From: an uncultured delta proteobacterium
Lineage (GTDB): Bacteria; Bdellovibrionota; FAC87; UBA2466
Direction: 5' to 3'
Assembly: GCA_963778115.1 (NCBI GenBank)
Contig: CAVZSV010000005.1
Span: forward strand, 128,001-192,000
Length of the DNA stretch: 64,000 bases
Of the stretch, positions 19,993 to 29,314 are shown in pieces (within the stretch, counting starts at the first letter, position 1; each line of letters begins with the position of its first letter). A program made the position numbers and the translations under genes. Below the pieces are notes generated by a model. That model did no database searches and was not told the DNA's origin. It saw only the letters and a list, made by a program, of their open reading frames with translations.

Positions 19993-21342
19993 TTACCAAT
20001 AATGGCTGGTTGGAACAAAGCCTGGGACGTTTAGAGCGGCCGAAAAGGCGGAAGGGGCTGTGATTTCAGTGATAAATTGCTGGCCCTGTTTGCAAATGGG
20101 ATAGCCTGACGTGTCGCACTTCTCGGAAAATTCGCTAATCGTCGACAAGAGTTCAACCAGATTGGTCGTTAGTGTCAGAGGTTCGATGGCTTCTCCCTCT
20201 TCGCCGTGATGAACAAGATAGCCCTCGGCGATTCTCAAAGTGATTTCGCCGGTCTGGGGACTAAAGTGCGCGATCTCGACATCGTGAACACTGATTCCCC
20301 ACTCCATTTGCTTTAGTAAGCCGTCTACCTTACGGTTTCCCTGAATTCGAGGATTCCAAAATCCTACCGTAGGATGGGACTGGAAAGATTCGCGCCGGCA
20401 ATGGCCGGTCGAAGAGACAGCTAACTGTTCGGCTATTCTATTGTTGCACGCAAGCCCTCGGGGCTTGCCTTCTTGCAATAACATGACCGGGCGACGAAGC
20501 GACCCTTCATGATCGCAGCGGGCAACATCGGACTCCGGAATATCCTCCACCGTGAACTGAAGGGGCAGGGGGGAAAGACGAGTCAAAAAAGAAGAGTTGC
20601 CTAAAAAGAGATCTCCTTCAAAAGCTCTTAGGAAAAGAAGACCTAGTTTCGAAAACGCCATGGAAGACCACAAAATAGGGATCTCCCCTTTGGGAGCCGG
20701 CCATGCCGCTTTGGGCTGGGTCGTGGCTTTGATGCGATCCCGGAATGAATCTAATGAGAGATCTTGGAGGAGCGCTTGAATGGAGCCCCGGTGTTTGTCA
20801 GCTCGGCAAAGCACTCTGGAGTGGTGGCGTTCCACGATCCACTGAAGCGAAATTCCAGCACTCTGTTCGGTGCCATTGGCGTAAGTCCCCCGATGATCGG
20901 CGACTTCGAAGTACTTCACTTTGTCTTCAAAAAGAAATTGGGGGATACCGACGTATCCGCCCTCGTTCCAAAGCTGCCTTGAGAGTTGTCCTAATTGAGC
21001 AAATTTTTCGGAGGAGCTGGGCAGATCCAGCGCCGGCTCTCGTTTGGCCGGTTGGCGCGTTGGTTGACTTGCCACCCGCTCGCCAAGAAATCTAAGAAAA
21101 GTCTCTGTGGTCGGTGCGTTGGTGGAAAAGAGTAAAAAACTCTGCCCGTCATTCACCCTTAAGCTAACGCCCCCGGTGGTGAATAGCCGAATGTCCTCGA
21201 TGCGATCTTGCACCGTCATGCGAGACTGATAGCAAAACTCACTATAGAGTTCGCATGAAGTGTACCCTCGTTGGAGGGCACTTTGGAAAACACGATCCAA
21301 ATCGATGTCACGCAAACGGTGCATGATTCGTGAATTGAGCAT
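19993..21342 (-). CDS. TldD/PmbA (TldE-like) protein lacking the catalytic HExxxH
   Basis: GVSLRV, PKGEIPIL, AFEGD, CDHEGS, STGHCRRESF..P and G.L...GE motifs of the Tld fold; the HE..GH position reads LFLRAF. Confidence 0.75.
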   Translation of the reverse strand: MLNSRIMHRLRDIDLDRVFQSALQRGYTSCELYSEFCYQSRMTVQDRIEDIRLFTTGGVSLRVNDGQSFLLFSTNAPTTETFLRFLGERVASQPTRQPAKREPALDLPSSSEKFAQLGQLSRQLWNEGGYVGIPQFLFEDKVKYFEVADHRGTYANGTEQSAGISLQWIVERHHSRVLCRADKHRGSIQALLQDLSLDSFRDRIKATTQPKAAWPAPKGEIPILWSSMAFSKLGLLFLRAFEGDLFLGNSSFLTRLSPLPLQFTVEDIPESDVARCDHEGSLRRPVMLLQEGKPRGLACNNRIAEQLAVSSTGHCRRESFQSHPTVGFWNPRIQGNRKVDGLLKQMEWGISVHDVEIAHFSPQTGEITLRIAEGYLVHHGEEGEAIEPLTLTTNLVELLSTISEFSEKCDTSGYPICKQGQQFITEITAPSAFSAALNVPGFVPTSHYW

Positions 21343-21432
21343 CTTCGCCCTGCGGTTAAAATTCTGTTAAAAACTCGTCTAATGACGCGGTAAGTCCGAA
21401 CAAAACCCGATAAGAAGTGATAAAATACTATC

Positions 21433-22290
21433 ATGGAACGTTATCGTAGCCAAAGTACGGGTCATTCTGGTCGCACTTTGTTTGTGGGCAAAGGGATTGT
21501 GTTTTTGCTGTTATCGGCTTGCGCTTCCCAATCGACCAAGGTGCAAAGGGAAACGATTAACGATCCCAATGAGCCTATTCAGATCTTAAGCGAACGAGTT
21601 AAAGATCAAGATCAAAAGATAGAAAAACTTACTTACTCCATCGATGATTTGGTCCACCAATTACATTCGCTCAAGAAGGAACTGGCTTCCTCAATGGCTC
21701 CCCGAGTATCTAAAGGCGCCTCTATCGCAAAGGATCCGAGCGTTCCGGTGGAAAAATTAATACCGGAGGGAGAAGTGGCGGCTAACGATGAAGCCAGCGC
21801 TTCAGCCTCCGATGCTGCCGAGGACGACAAGGAGGTAGCGGTAGCCGATTCCTCACAAGAGGACATTCACTGGTATTACGAGGGGATGAAGCACGTTAAA
21901 GACGAAAAATACGATGATGCGATCCGATCGTTCCGCAAGTTTCTTGAAGAAAATCCGGACCACGTCTATGCGGACAGAACGGAGTACTGGATCGCCGAAA
22001 GCTACTTTCGCAATAAGGAGTATTCCTTGGCGGTACTTTCCGCGAACGGTTTGGAATCTCGTCATCCTTACAGTTTAAGACTTCCCGATGCGCTAATGGT
22101 TAAGGCGCGCTCATTTCGGGCCTTGGGACAGATTAACGACGCCCGAGAAGCTTTACGACAGGTGATGCTGCGATTTCCCTCAGTCAAGATTGCCGATAGC
22201 GCTTCACGTGAATTAGCGGAGCTTTCTTTGGAAACTAATCACGAGGGAAATCGGCCACCGGTACTGATCGACGAGCCCGCAACTCCATAG
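21433..22290 (+). CDS. cpoB: CpoB/YbgF-like TPR lipoprotein
   Basis: LSAC lipobox, coiled coil, TPRs (YDDAIRSFRKFL..NP...YA....YWIAESYF, PDAL, RFP). Confidence 0.75.
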   Translation: MERYRSQSTGHSGRTLFVGKGIVFLLLSACASQSTKVQRETINDPNEPIQILSERVKDQDQKIEKLTYSIDDLVHQLHSLKKELASSMAPRVSKGASIAKDPSVPVEKLIPEGEVAANDEASASASDAAEDDKEVAVADSSQEDIHWYYEGMKHVKDEKYDDAIRSFRKFLEENPDHVYADRTEYWIAESYFRNKEYSLAVLSANGLESRHPYSLRLPDALMVKARSFRALGQINDAREALRQVMLRFPSVKIADSASRELAELSLETNHEGNRPPVLIDEPATP

Positions 22291-22318
22291 CAGGCCTTCT
22301 TCTCACGGTAAGGAGAGC

Positions 22319-23506
22319 ATGAGAAACGTCATTCTTCTAGGTCTTCTTGTGACATTGTGGCCCCTGGATGGGTGGGCGATAAGCCCCTTTTCCCAGTCTT
22401 TTGACCCTGCCCATGCCGAAGAGATTTTGGCTGGCCTTGGAAATCGTCCTCGGTTGCAAACGGATCAGTGGTTACAAATTATCGGCGACAAAAAGGTGAA
22501 CGAATATCGTGTGGAGCAGGGAGATACCCTGTGGGGGATTGCGAAGAAAGTCTTTCACGATCCTTTTTTGTGGCGAAAACTGTGGCAAGTGAACGGCTTT
22601 CTTACCAATCCCCACGAACTATCCGCAGGCACCCTGTTGTCCTACTATCGCGATGGCGCGGACAGAGACCTTGCTTCTACCGACGAACCGCCCGTCTTGA
22701 GAATCCCCATTATTAAGTTAGTCCCTTCGGGAGCCGGTCTTTCGGACCTGGATAAAGACTCCTTTGTAAATAAGCAGATTAAGAACAAATTTCAGCCGCA
22801 CCTTTTCGTGTTAGCTCCTGAGGAGAAGATCTACGGAGATATCACCGGAGCCTATATTCACGGCGAAGTGATTCCGATGTTGCATTCTTTGTATGTCGAA
22901 CCCGCTGACGACAATGTGCCGCTCGAGGTCGGAAAAAAGTACTCGGTCGTCCATATTGAGCGAACCTTAAGGGATCGCACTCAAGCCAGTGCACCTATTA
23001 TTGGAACCGTGGTCAGACTAGTGGGCGAGATTCAGGTGGATGAGGCGGGAGAGCACCTATTTAAAATGCGAATTAATAATGAAGTATCTCCGATCCGCCG
23101 CGGTGACAAAGTCATCGAGTTTCAAGATCCGGTACAGTGGACGATTAAGATCGATCCCCCCAATGACCTGCAGACTCGCATTGTGATGGGAGAAGATGCC
23201 GATGCGCATTATTTTTCGCAAGGTCAGCTTATTTTGCTCAACAAAGGAGCATCGGACGGAGTGAAGAAAGGATTTGTTTTTCGCGTATGGCGCGAAACCG
23301 ATCCTGAAACACTCAAGGAAGACGGCGTGGAGCCGGAATCGCTTGCCGATGTGCAGATTATTTATAGTAGTCCCCTTTCCAGCGTGGGGTACATTCTTCG
23401 CAATTATGAGCCCCTTCAAGTCGGAGACACCTTAATCCCCCGCCAGGCCTTTTCTGATCCCAAAATAGAGAATGTTCATCCGCGTGAAATAGTCGATATT
23501 TATTAG
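22319..23506 (+). CDS. LysM peptidoglycan-binding protein, TsaP-like
   Basis: YRVEQGDTLWGIAKK...DPFLWRKLWQVN..LTNPH; C-terminal LNKG..DGV..G..F FlgT-like region; sits directly before dprA. Confidence 0.8.
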   Translation: MRNVILLGLLVTLWPLDGWAISPFSQSFDPAHAEEILAGLGNRPRLQTDQWLQIIGDKKVNEYRVEQGDTLWGIAKKVFHDPFLWRKLWQVNGFLTNPHELSAGTLLSYYRDGADRDLASTDEPPVLRIPIIKLVPSGAGLSDLDKDSFVNKQIKNKFQPHLFVLAPEEKIYGDITGAYIHGEVIPMLHSLYVEPADDNVPLEVGKKYSVVHIERTLRDRTQASAPIIGTVVRLVGEIQVDEAGEHLFKMRINNEVSPIRRGDKVIEFQDPVQWTIKIDPPNDLQTRIVMGEDADAHYFSQGQLILLNKGASDGVKKGFVFRVWRETDPETLKEDGVEPESLADVQIIYSSPLSSVGYILRNYEPLQVGDTLIPRQAFSDPKIENVHPREIVDIY

Positions 23507-23570
23507 AAGAGGAACTCGACGCATCCTACTCGATGTTGACGCCAATTTCCTTTGGGCGTGTAGCTAGAGA

Positions 23571-24440
23571 ATGGAAATCCGACGCATTGCTATCCCTCCT
23601 CGTAGTCTACTATTACAAATCTCCTCGGTTCCCCAAGCGCTTTATGTCCGCGGTGATGCTTCGTTATTAGAGAGCTTCTCCATCGCCATCGTGGGGACCC
23701 GTAACGCGTCGGGATATGGTTTGGCGACTGCCCTGCGTTTTGGCCGAGAGCTTTCGGACAAAGGGGCAGTCGTCGTTAGCGGCTTAGCTCGAGGAATCGA
23801 TACGGCGGCCCACCGCGGGGCTTTGATCGGAAAAGGGAAAACGGTCGCGGTCCTAGGGCACGGCTTGGATCGCATCTATCCGTCACAGAATGCGGAGTTG
23901 GCCAGGGAGATCTTAGAACAAGGAGGCTGTTTGGTCTCCGAATACGAACCAGGAGTTCCCCCGCTTAAGCAAAATTTTCCCGCCCGAAATCGTATCATTG
24001 CGGGGCTCTGTAGAGGTGTGGTGGTCGTTGAAGCCGCGCAAAGAAGTGGTTCGCTTATTACCGCGCGATTTGCCGCGGATTTCGGGAGGGAAGTCTTTGT
24101 ACCTCCGGGTCGCATCGAAGGCAGTGGGTTTCGCGGGAGTCACTGCTTAATTAGAGAAGGCGCACGTTTAGTCTGTTCGATCGATGAAATTTTAGAAGAG
24201 TTTGCATTTGCCCACGTGTTGCCTAGAGAAATCTCTGAGGTAGCGCAGGAGAGCTCTGCTCAACGAGGGATGTGGCAGCTTTGCTTTAACGGCGAAGTAC
24301 GCACTTTAGAAGAATTATTTCATTCATGGAACCCTGAAGGCGGAGAGCTATTGACGCAACTCGAAATCGCGTTAAAGCAGGGGTGGATTACCGACTTGGG
24401 AGCTCAAAGATATGCTTTGGTGTGTAGCACTGACTATTAA
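23571..24440 (+). CDS. dprA: DNA-processing protein DprA
   Basis: IAIVGTR, VVSGLARGIDTAAH, VLGHGLD.IYP, FPARNRIIAG, VVEAAQRSGSLITA, GREVF. Confidence 0.96.
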   Translation: MEIRRIAIPPRSLLLQISSVPQALYVRGDASLLESFSIAIVGTRNASGYGLATALRFGRELSDKGAVVVSGLARGIDTAAHRGALIGKGKTVAVLGHGLDRIYPSQNAELAREILEQGGCLVSEYEPGVPPLKQNFPARNRIIAGLCRGVVVVEAAQRSGSLITARFAADFGREVFVPPGRIEGSGFRGSHCLIREGARLVCSIDEILEEFAFAHVLPREISEVAQESSAQRGMWQLCFNGEVRTLEELFHSWNPEGGELLTQLEIALKQGWITDLGAQRYALVCSTDY

Positions 24441-24523
24441 AAAGTTGCCAAACGGAAAACAATTTTGAACAATATAGGTGTTCGTACATCAATTCCCTTA
24501 ACTTCTTTTTTTTTAAAAAAAAA

Positions 24524-24982
24524 TTGCGAGACAAAATATTAAATATCCTTAGTTTCTTGTCTCAATCTCTGCTTCGCAATAAGGACCTGTTTTACGATGG
24601 TCAGGAGATTTGGGACTCCCTCTCGTCACAGGGGTATTCGGAGAATGATATCGAAGCGACATTGGCTCACATCGAGCGGATGTCACTTCAAGTTCCCGGC
24701 CCCTTCTGGAGCGAGAACATTCCTGTCCATCGATCGTACAGCACGGAAGAGATGACCCGGCTCGCCCCCAGAGTTCGGGGATATCTATGGAAACTGAAAT
24801 GTCGTGGTATTATTGATCACGCCCTCGAAGATGAAATCGTTCAAAAAGCGATGAACTTAGAAGACCCGGCGGGCCTTCGTGAAATAAAAACGGTTGCCGC
24901 ACTTACGGTTTTCGGCTATGAGCACAAGGTTCATACGGTAAGAGAAGGAAATCATCTTTATGGCGGCGGCGATTTGCACTAA
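24524..24982 (+). CDS. smg: Smg / DUF494 family protein
   Basis: Located between dprA and topA; L...GYSE.DIE..L..I, R.YS.EE...L....RGYL..L...G.I; ends in LH. Confidence 0.8.
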   Translation: MRDKILNILSFLSQSLLRNKDLFYDGQEIWDSLSSQGYSENDIEATLAHIERMSLQVPGPFWSENIPVHRSYSTEEMTRLAPRVRGYLWKLKCRGIIDHALEDEIVQKAMNLEDPAGLREIKTVAALTVFGYEHKVHTVREGNHLYGGGDLH

Positions 24983-25106
24983 TTCATCAAACACATGTCG
25001 TCGATAGCTGTCCAAAAGGGTTACCTCGAGGTTACCTAAAAAGTTAATATGAAGTTAATGTAATGTTGGGGTTTAGGGAAAATTTAACCCGCACAATTTA
25101 CGGTTA

Positions 25107-27551
25107 ATGGAAAAAGTGAAAACAAAAAAAGCGGCCGCTGCGAAAGTCGCGAAACCGACTAAATCGACGGAAAAAGTCGAAAAAGCGCTCAAGCCCGTTA
25201 AGCTGGCTAAAGCGGACAAAACCTCCGAAAAGAAGCAGGAGAAGGCCTCTTCCGGCGGAAAAGGGCTCGTTATTGTTGAGTCACCCGCAAAAGCCAAGAC
25301 ATTAAAGAAGTATCTGGGACGTAATTACGACGTTAAAGCTTCCGTAGGTCACATTAAAGATCTCCCCAAGAGTAAGATTGGTGTTGATGTCGAAAATAAT
25401 TTTGAGCCGACTTACGAACTCATCAAAGGAAAACAGAAGGTCGTTGAAGATATTACCAAGGCGGCGGCGAAGGCTTCCGCGGTCTATTTAGCGGCTGACC
25501 CCGATCGCGAAGGGGAAGCGATTGCGTGGCATGTTGCGGAAGAGCTTCATATTCCCAAATCAAAGATTTTTCGAGTTCTCTTTAACGAGATTACCAAGCC
25601 TGCGGTTTTAAAAGCCATCGAGAATCCCATCGAACTCAACCGTCCTCGCTACGAGTCTCAGCAGGCTCGTCGAATCTTAGATCGTTTGGTTGGTTATAAG
25701 ATCTCTCCCATTCTTTGGACCAAAGTGCGTCGGGGACTTTCGGCCGGCCGAGTGCAATCGGTTGCCGTGCGGATGATTGCGGAACGGGAAAAAGAGGTAT
25801 TGGCCTTCGTTCCTAAAGCTTATTGGAGTATTCAAGCGACCGTTGGGGCTGACGGCAAGGAATTTCCAGCCCGAATCTCTCGGATCGATGAGCTTAGAAT
25901 CGATAGACTGACGATAGACACAGAGGAGTGGGCGACCGAAATCGTAAATGCCACTCAGTCGGTTCCTTGGAAGATTGCTTCGGTTCAGCAAAAGAGTCGC
26001 AAGAGAAATCCGGATCCTCCTTTTATTACTTCGACCCTGCAGCAGGAATCCTCCAAGCGGTTATACTTTAGCGCGAAAAAGACCATGACCTTGGCCCAGC
26101 AACTCTATGAAGGAATAGAGATGGGTGAGCAAGGAGCTACTGGTCTTATCACCTACATGCGTACGGATTCGACTCGTCTTTCGGACGATGCCCTTAAGGA
26201 TGCTCGCAGTTATATCGAAACAAAGCTTGGCAAAGAGTATCTGCCTCCCCAAGTGCTTGAGTATAAGAATAAGAAAAATGCTCAAGACGCTCACGAAGCG
26301 GTGCGTCCGACTTCGATTGAAAACACGCCTGAAAAGGTGAAGCCGTTTTTAGATGACGATCAGTTCAAATTATACGAATTGGTCTGGAAGCGCTATTTGG
26401 CCTGCCAAATGGAGCAAGCGATCTTTGATCAGACGACCGTCGATTTTGACGTCTTGGGCAGCGACTCTAAGAAGTACCAATTTCGTTCGACTGGCTCGGT
26501 TCTTAGGTTTCCTGGCTTTTTAGCGATGTGGCAAAGTGAAGACGAGAAAGCGGGCGAAGATGTCTTGGGAGTGCAGCTACCGGATCTGACCGAAAGCTCC
26601 AAAGTAGAATGCAAGAAAGTCATTTCCGAGAAGCATTTTACACAGCCGCCGCCACGTTTTTCAGAAAGTTCTCTCATTAAAGAGCTAGAAGAGAAGGGGA
26701 TCGGCCGCCCCTCTACTTATGCCGCGATCCTTTCGACGATTCAGGATAGAAAGTACGTTGAGAAAAGGGAGAACCGCTTTTATCCGACCGAATTAGGAAG
26801 TTTGGTAACTGATCTATTGGTAGAGAATTTTAAGAACATTGTGGACGTACAGTTCACCGCCAACATGGAAGATCAGTTGGATCAGATCGAAGAGGGCAAT
26901 GCGAATTGGATAAAAACACTTCGAGAATTTTATTCCCCCTTTGAGGTCACGCTCAAAGAAGCGGTCGAGAAGATGCGCAATGTTAAGCGCGAAGAGACTC
27001 CGACTAATCTAACCTGCCCGAAGTGCACCAAGCCTCTCATCATTAAGTGGGGGAGAAATGGAAAGTTTGTAGCCTGTCAGGGCTATCCTGAGTGTCGTTT
27101 CACCAGCGAATTTGTCGAAGAGAACGGTGAGATAAAGCTCGTCGCCCAACCCACGACGGATGAAAAGTGCCCTAATTGCAGCGAGCCCATGATGGTCAAA
27201 AACGGCCGCTTCGGAAGATTTTTAGCCTGTTCGGCCTATCCTAAGTGCAAAACGACCAAGGCCATAACCACCGGCATTCAATGCCCGGAATGCAAACAAG
27301 GCGAGCTTTCGGAAAAGAGAACCCGTTTTGGAAAAAGTTTTTATAGTTGTACTCGTTATCCCGAATGCAAGTATGCCATCTGGGATAAACCCATCAAGCA
27401 GCCTTGTCCGTCTTGCCAGCACCCTTTCTTAGTCGAGCACTACACTAAGAAAGAGGGAGCTTCTATTCGCTGTCCCAACAAATGCGGATATGAGGTTAAG
27501 GGCGATGAAGCCCAACCTACGGTTGCTCCCCCGACGACTCCTCAGACCTAG
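25107..27551 (+). CDS. topA: DNA topoisomerase I
   Basis: LVIVESPAKAKT, DPDREGEAI, SAGRVQS, GLITYMRTD, AQDAHEAVRPT, GIGRPSTYA and C-terminal zinc ribbons. Confidence 0.98.
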   Translation: MEKVKTKKAAAAKVAKPTKSTEKVEKALKPVKLAKADKTSEKKQEKASSGGKGLVIVESPAKAKTLKKYLGRNYDVKASVGHIKDLPKSKIGVDVENNFEPTYELIKGKQKVVEDITKAAAKASAVYLAADPDREGEAIAWHVAEELHIPKSKIFRVLFNEITKPAVLKAIENPIELNRPRYESQQARRILDRLVGYKISPILWTKVRRGLSAGRVQSVAVRMIAEREKEVLAFVPKAYWSIQATVGADGKEFPARISRIDELRIDRLTIDTEEWATEIVNATQSVPWKIASVQQKSRKRNPDPPFITSTLQQESSKRLYFSAKKTMTLAQQLYEGIEMGEQGATGLITYMRTDSTRLSDDALKDARSYIETKLGKEYLPPQVLEYKNKKNAQDAHEAVRPTSIENTPEKVKPFLDDDQFKLYELVWKRYLACQMEQAIFDQTTVDFDVLGSDSKKYQFRSTGSVLRFPGFLAMWQSEDEKAGEDVLGVQLPDLTESSKVECKKVISEKHFTQPPPRFSESSLIKELEEKGIGRPSTYAAILSTIQDRKYVEKRENRFYPTELGSLVTDLLVENFKNIVDVQFTANMEDQLDQIEEGNANWIKTLREFYSPFEVTLKEAVEKMRNVKREETPTNLTCPKCTKPLIIKWGRNGKFVACQGYPECRFTSEFVEENGEIKLVAQPTTDEKCPNCSEPMMVKNGRFGRFLACSAYPKCKTTKAITTGIQCPECKQGELSEKRTRFGKSFYSCTRYPECKYAIWDKPIKQPCPSCQHPFLVEHYTKKEGASIRCPNKCGYEVKGDEAQPTVAPPTTPQT

Positions 27552-27608
27552 TCTTGTAATCTCATCCTCCTTGCCATTCTTTGAGCCTAGGCCTTAAGAT
27601 TGGTCTCT

Positions 27609-28166
27609 ATGAATAGAGGCTTTCGGTTATCCGTATTCTTATCGCTCTTTAGCGGTGCGTTATGGTTTTCTACGCCTGCTCGAGCAATTGATGGAATCTA
27701 TCTCGGGGGTCAGGTGGGTTTTATGGGACTGACCGATCCGCCTGATATTCTGTACAACAATGCTCTTGGATTTGGCGTGGACCTAGGGCTTCGCACGAAT
27801 GCTTTGGTAGATCTTGTTTTCAGCTTCCAGACGAGTTCGTTTGGAGCGAACAGCAGCGCCCCTTTTCCCGTAAATGGCTCTTTAACCCTTTATTCCCAGA
27901 GTCTCTCAGCGGATTTTCACGTGGGAAGAGCTTACGACTTTGATTTTACGCTGGGAGCAGGCCCTGGCTTTTATGTTTTTAAGTCCTCGCTCGGGTCCAA
28001 CACCAATTTCGGATTTAACTTTGGAGGTGCGGTGGATCTGTTGGTCGACGATCATTTTAAGATCGGCATGGGGACTCGCTACTACGCTCTATTTGGAACC
28101 AACGCCATCTCCGGAAGTTTCTGGAATGTCATGATGCGGGTCGGCTATCTCTTCGATTTAGATTAA
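27609..28166 (+). CDS. Small outer-membrane beta-barrel protein
   Basis: Signal peptide (PARA), Gly/aromatic amphipathic strands, terminal RVGYLF. Confidence 0.75.
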   Translation: MNRGFRLSVFLSLFSGALWFSTPARAIDGIYLGGQVGFMGLTDPPDILYNNALGFGVDLGLRTNALVDLVFSFQTSSFGANSSAPFPVNGSLTLYSQSLSADFHVGRAYDFDFTLGAGPGFYVFKSSLGSNTNFGFNFGGAVDLLVDDHFKIGMGTRYYALFGTNAISGSFWNVMMRVGYLFDLD

Positions 28167-28181
28167 CTCTAGAAATATCAA

Positions 28182-28394
28182 ATGAAGACCATCAAATGTG
28201 AAATGACGGGTACGGTTCTCGAGGTCAAAGTAAAGACGGGCGATGCCGTGAAGAGCGGACAGGAAGTCGTTATCGTTGAGTCGATGAAAATGGAAGTTCC
28301 CGTAGTGAGTCAAGTCCAGGGAACGGTCCAATCGATTGCCAAGAATGCGGGCGACTTTGTCAACGCCGGGGACATTCTAATCGAGTTACAATGA
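28182..28394 (+). CDS. Stand-alone biotin carboxyl carrier protein
   Basis: ESMKME biotinylation motif in a 70-aa biotinyl domain. Confidence 0.93.
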   Translation: MKTIKCEMTGTVLEVKVKTGDAVKSGQEVVIVESMKMEVPVVSQVQGTVQSIAKNAGDFVNAGDILIELQ

Positions 28395-29314
28395 GCGTAT
28401 CGGTCCAGATTACCGACGTGACTTTACGGGACGGCCTCCAGATGGAGCCCCTTCTTCCCGTTGAAGATAAGATAGCACTCTTTAGCTATCTCTCCGCCTG
28501 CGGCTATTCAAGACTCGAAATTACCAGTTTTTCCCATCCAAAATGGATGCCTCAATTTGCAGATAGTGAAGCGATGTGCAAGGCCATCTTCTCGGATAAA
28601 GCTACTCTGACGTCGCTGCCCGAGACGATGGCGTTTGTTCCCAACGAAAAGGGGCTTACCCGACTCTTGGCGTTTCCGATTCCTTGGGTCAGCGCTTTTA
28701 TTGCCGCGAGCGAAACCTTTAACCAAAAAAATGTAAATTCCAGCATTGAAGAGACGCTTTCGGAACTTAAGAAAATAGTGAGCCTGAGCCACGCGCAAAA
28801 GCGTAAAGTTAGAATTTATATCTCTACCGTCTTCGGCTGCCCATTTGAAGGAAAGATCGATCCGGGAAAGTTAAAAGCGGTATTCGACAAGGTCGTTGCC
28901 CTGGGGCCGGATGAAATTGCTTTGAGCGATACTATAGGAGTGACGCACCCGAGTCAGGTGGCACAGATCACAAGAGACCTTATAAAGATATTTCCCGTCG
29001 AAAAGACTGCCTTGCATCTGCACAATACTTACTCTACGGCCCAAGCGTCCGCGATGGCGGCTCTGAATCTTGGCATTTATCAGTTTGATGGTTCCACCGG
29101 AAGTATCGGCGGCTGTCCTTACGCTAAAGGGGCAACAGGCAATGTCTCCGCCGAAGAGTTGGGTTATCTCTTCTATCGGGAAGGACGACTCCCAGAGTTT
29201 CCCCAGGAGGCCCTTTTAAAGACGTTACAGTTTTTGAAGAAAAAGGGCATGAGGGTGCAAAGCCGCATTTTGGATATTCTTGAAAAAGGGGGAACACTTT
29301 ATGGCATCCACTAG
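28391..29314 (+). CDS. Hydroxymethylglutaryl-CoA lyase
   Basis: DVTLRDGLQ, SF.HPKW.PQ.AD, FGCPFEG, DTIG, LHLHNT, GGCPYAKGATGNV. Confidence 0.93.
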   Translation: MSVSVQITDVTLRDGLQMEPLLPVEDKIALFSYLSACGYSRLEITSFSHPKWMPQFADSEAMCKAIFSDKATLTSLPETMAFVPNEKGLTRLLAFPIPWVSAFIAASETFNQKNVNSSIEETLSELKKIVSLSHAQKRKVRIYISTVFGCPFEGKIDPGKLKAVFDKVVALGPDEIALSDTIGVTHPSQVAQITRDLIKIFPVEKTALHLHNTYSTAQASAMAALNLGIYQFDGSTGSIGGCPYAKGATGNVSAEELGYLFYREGRLPEFPQEALLKTLQFLKKKGMRVQSRILDILEKGGTLYGIH

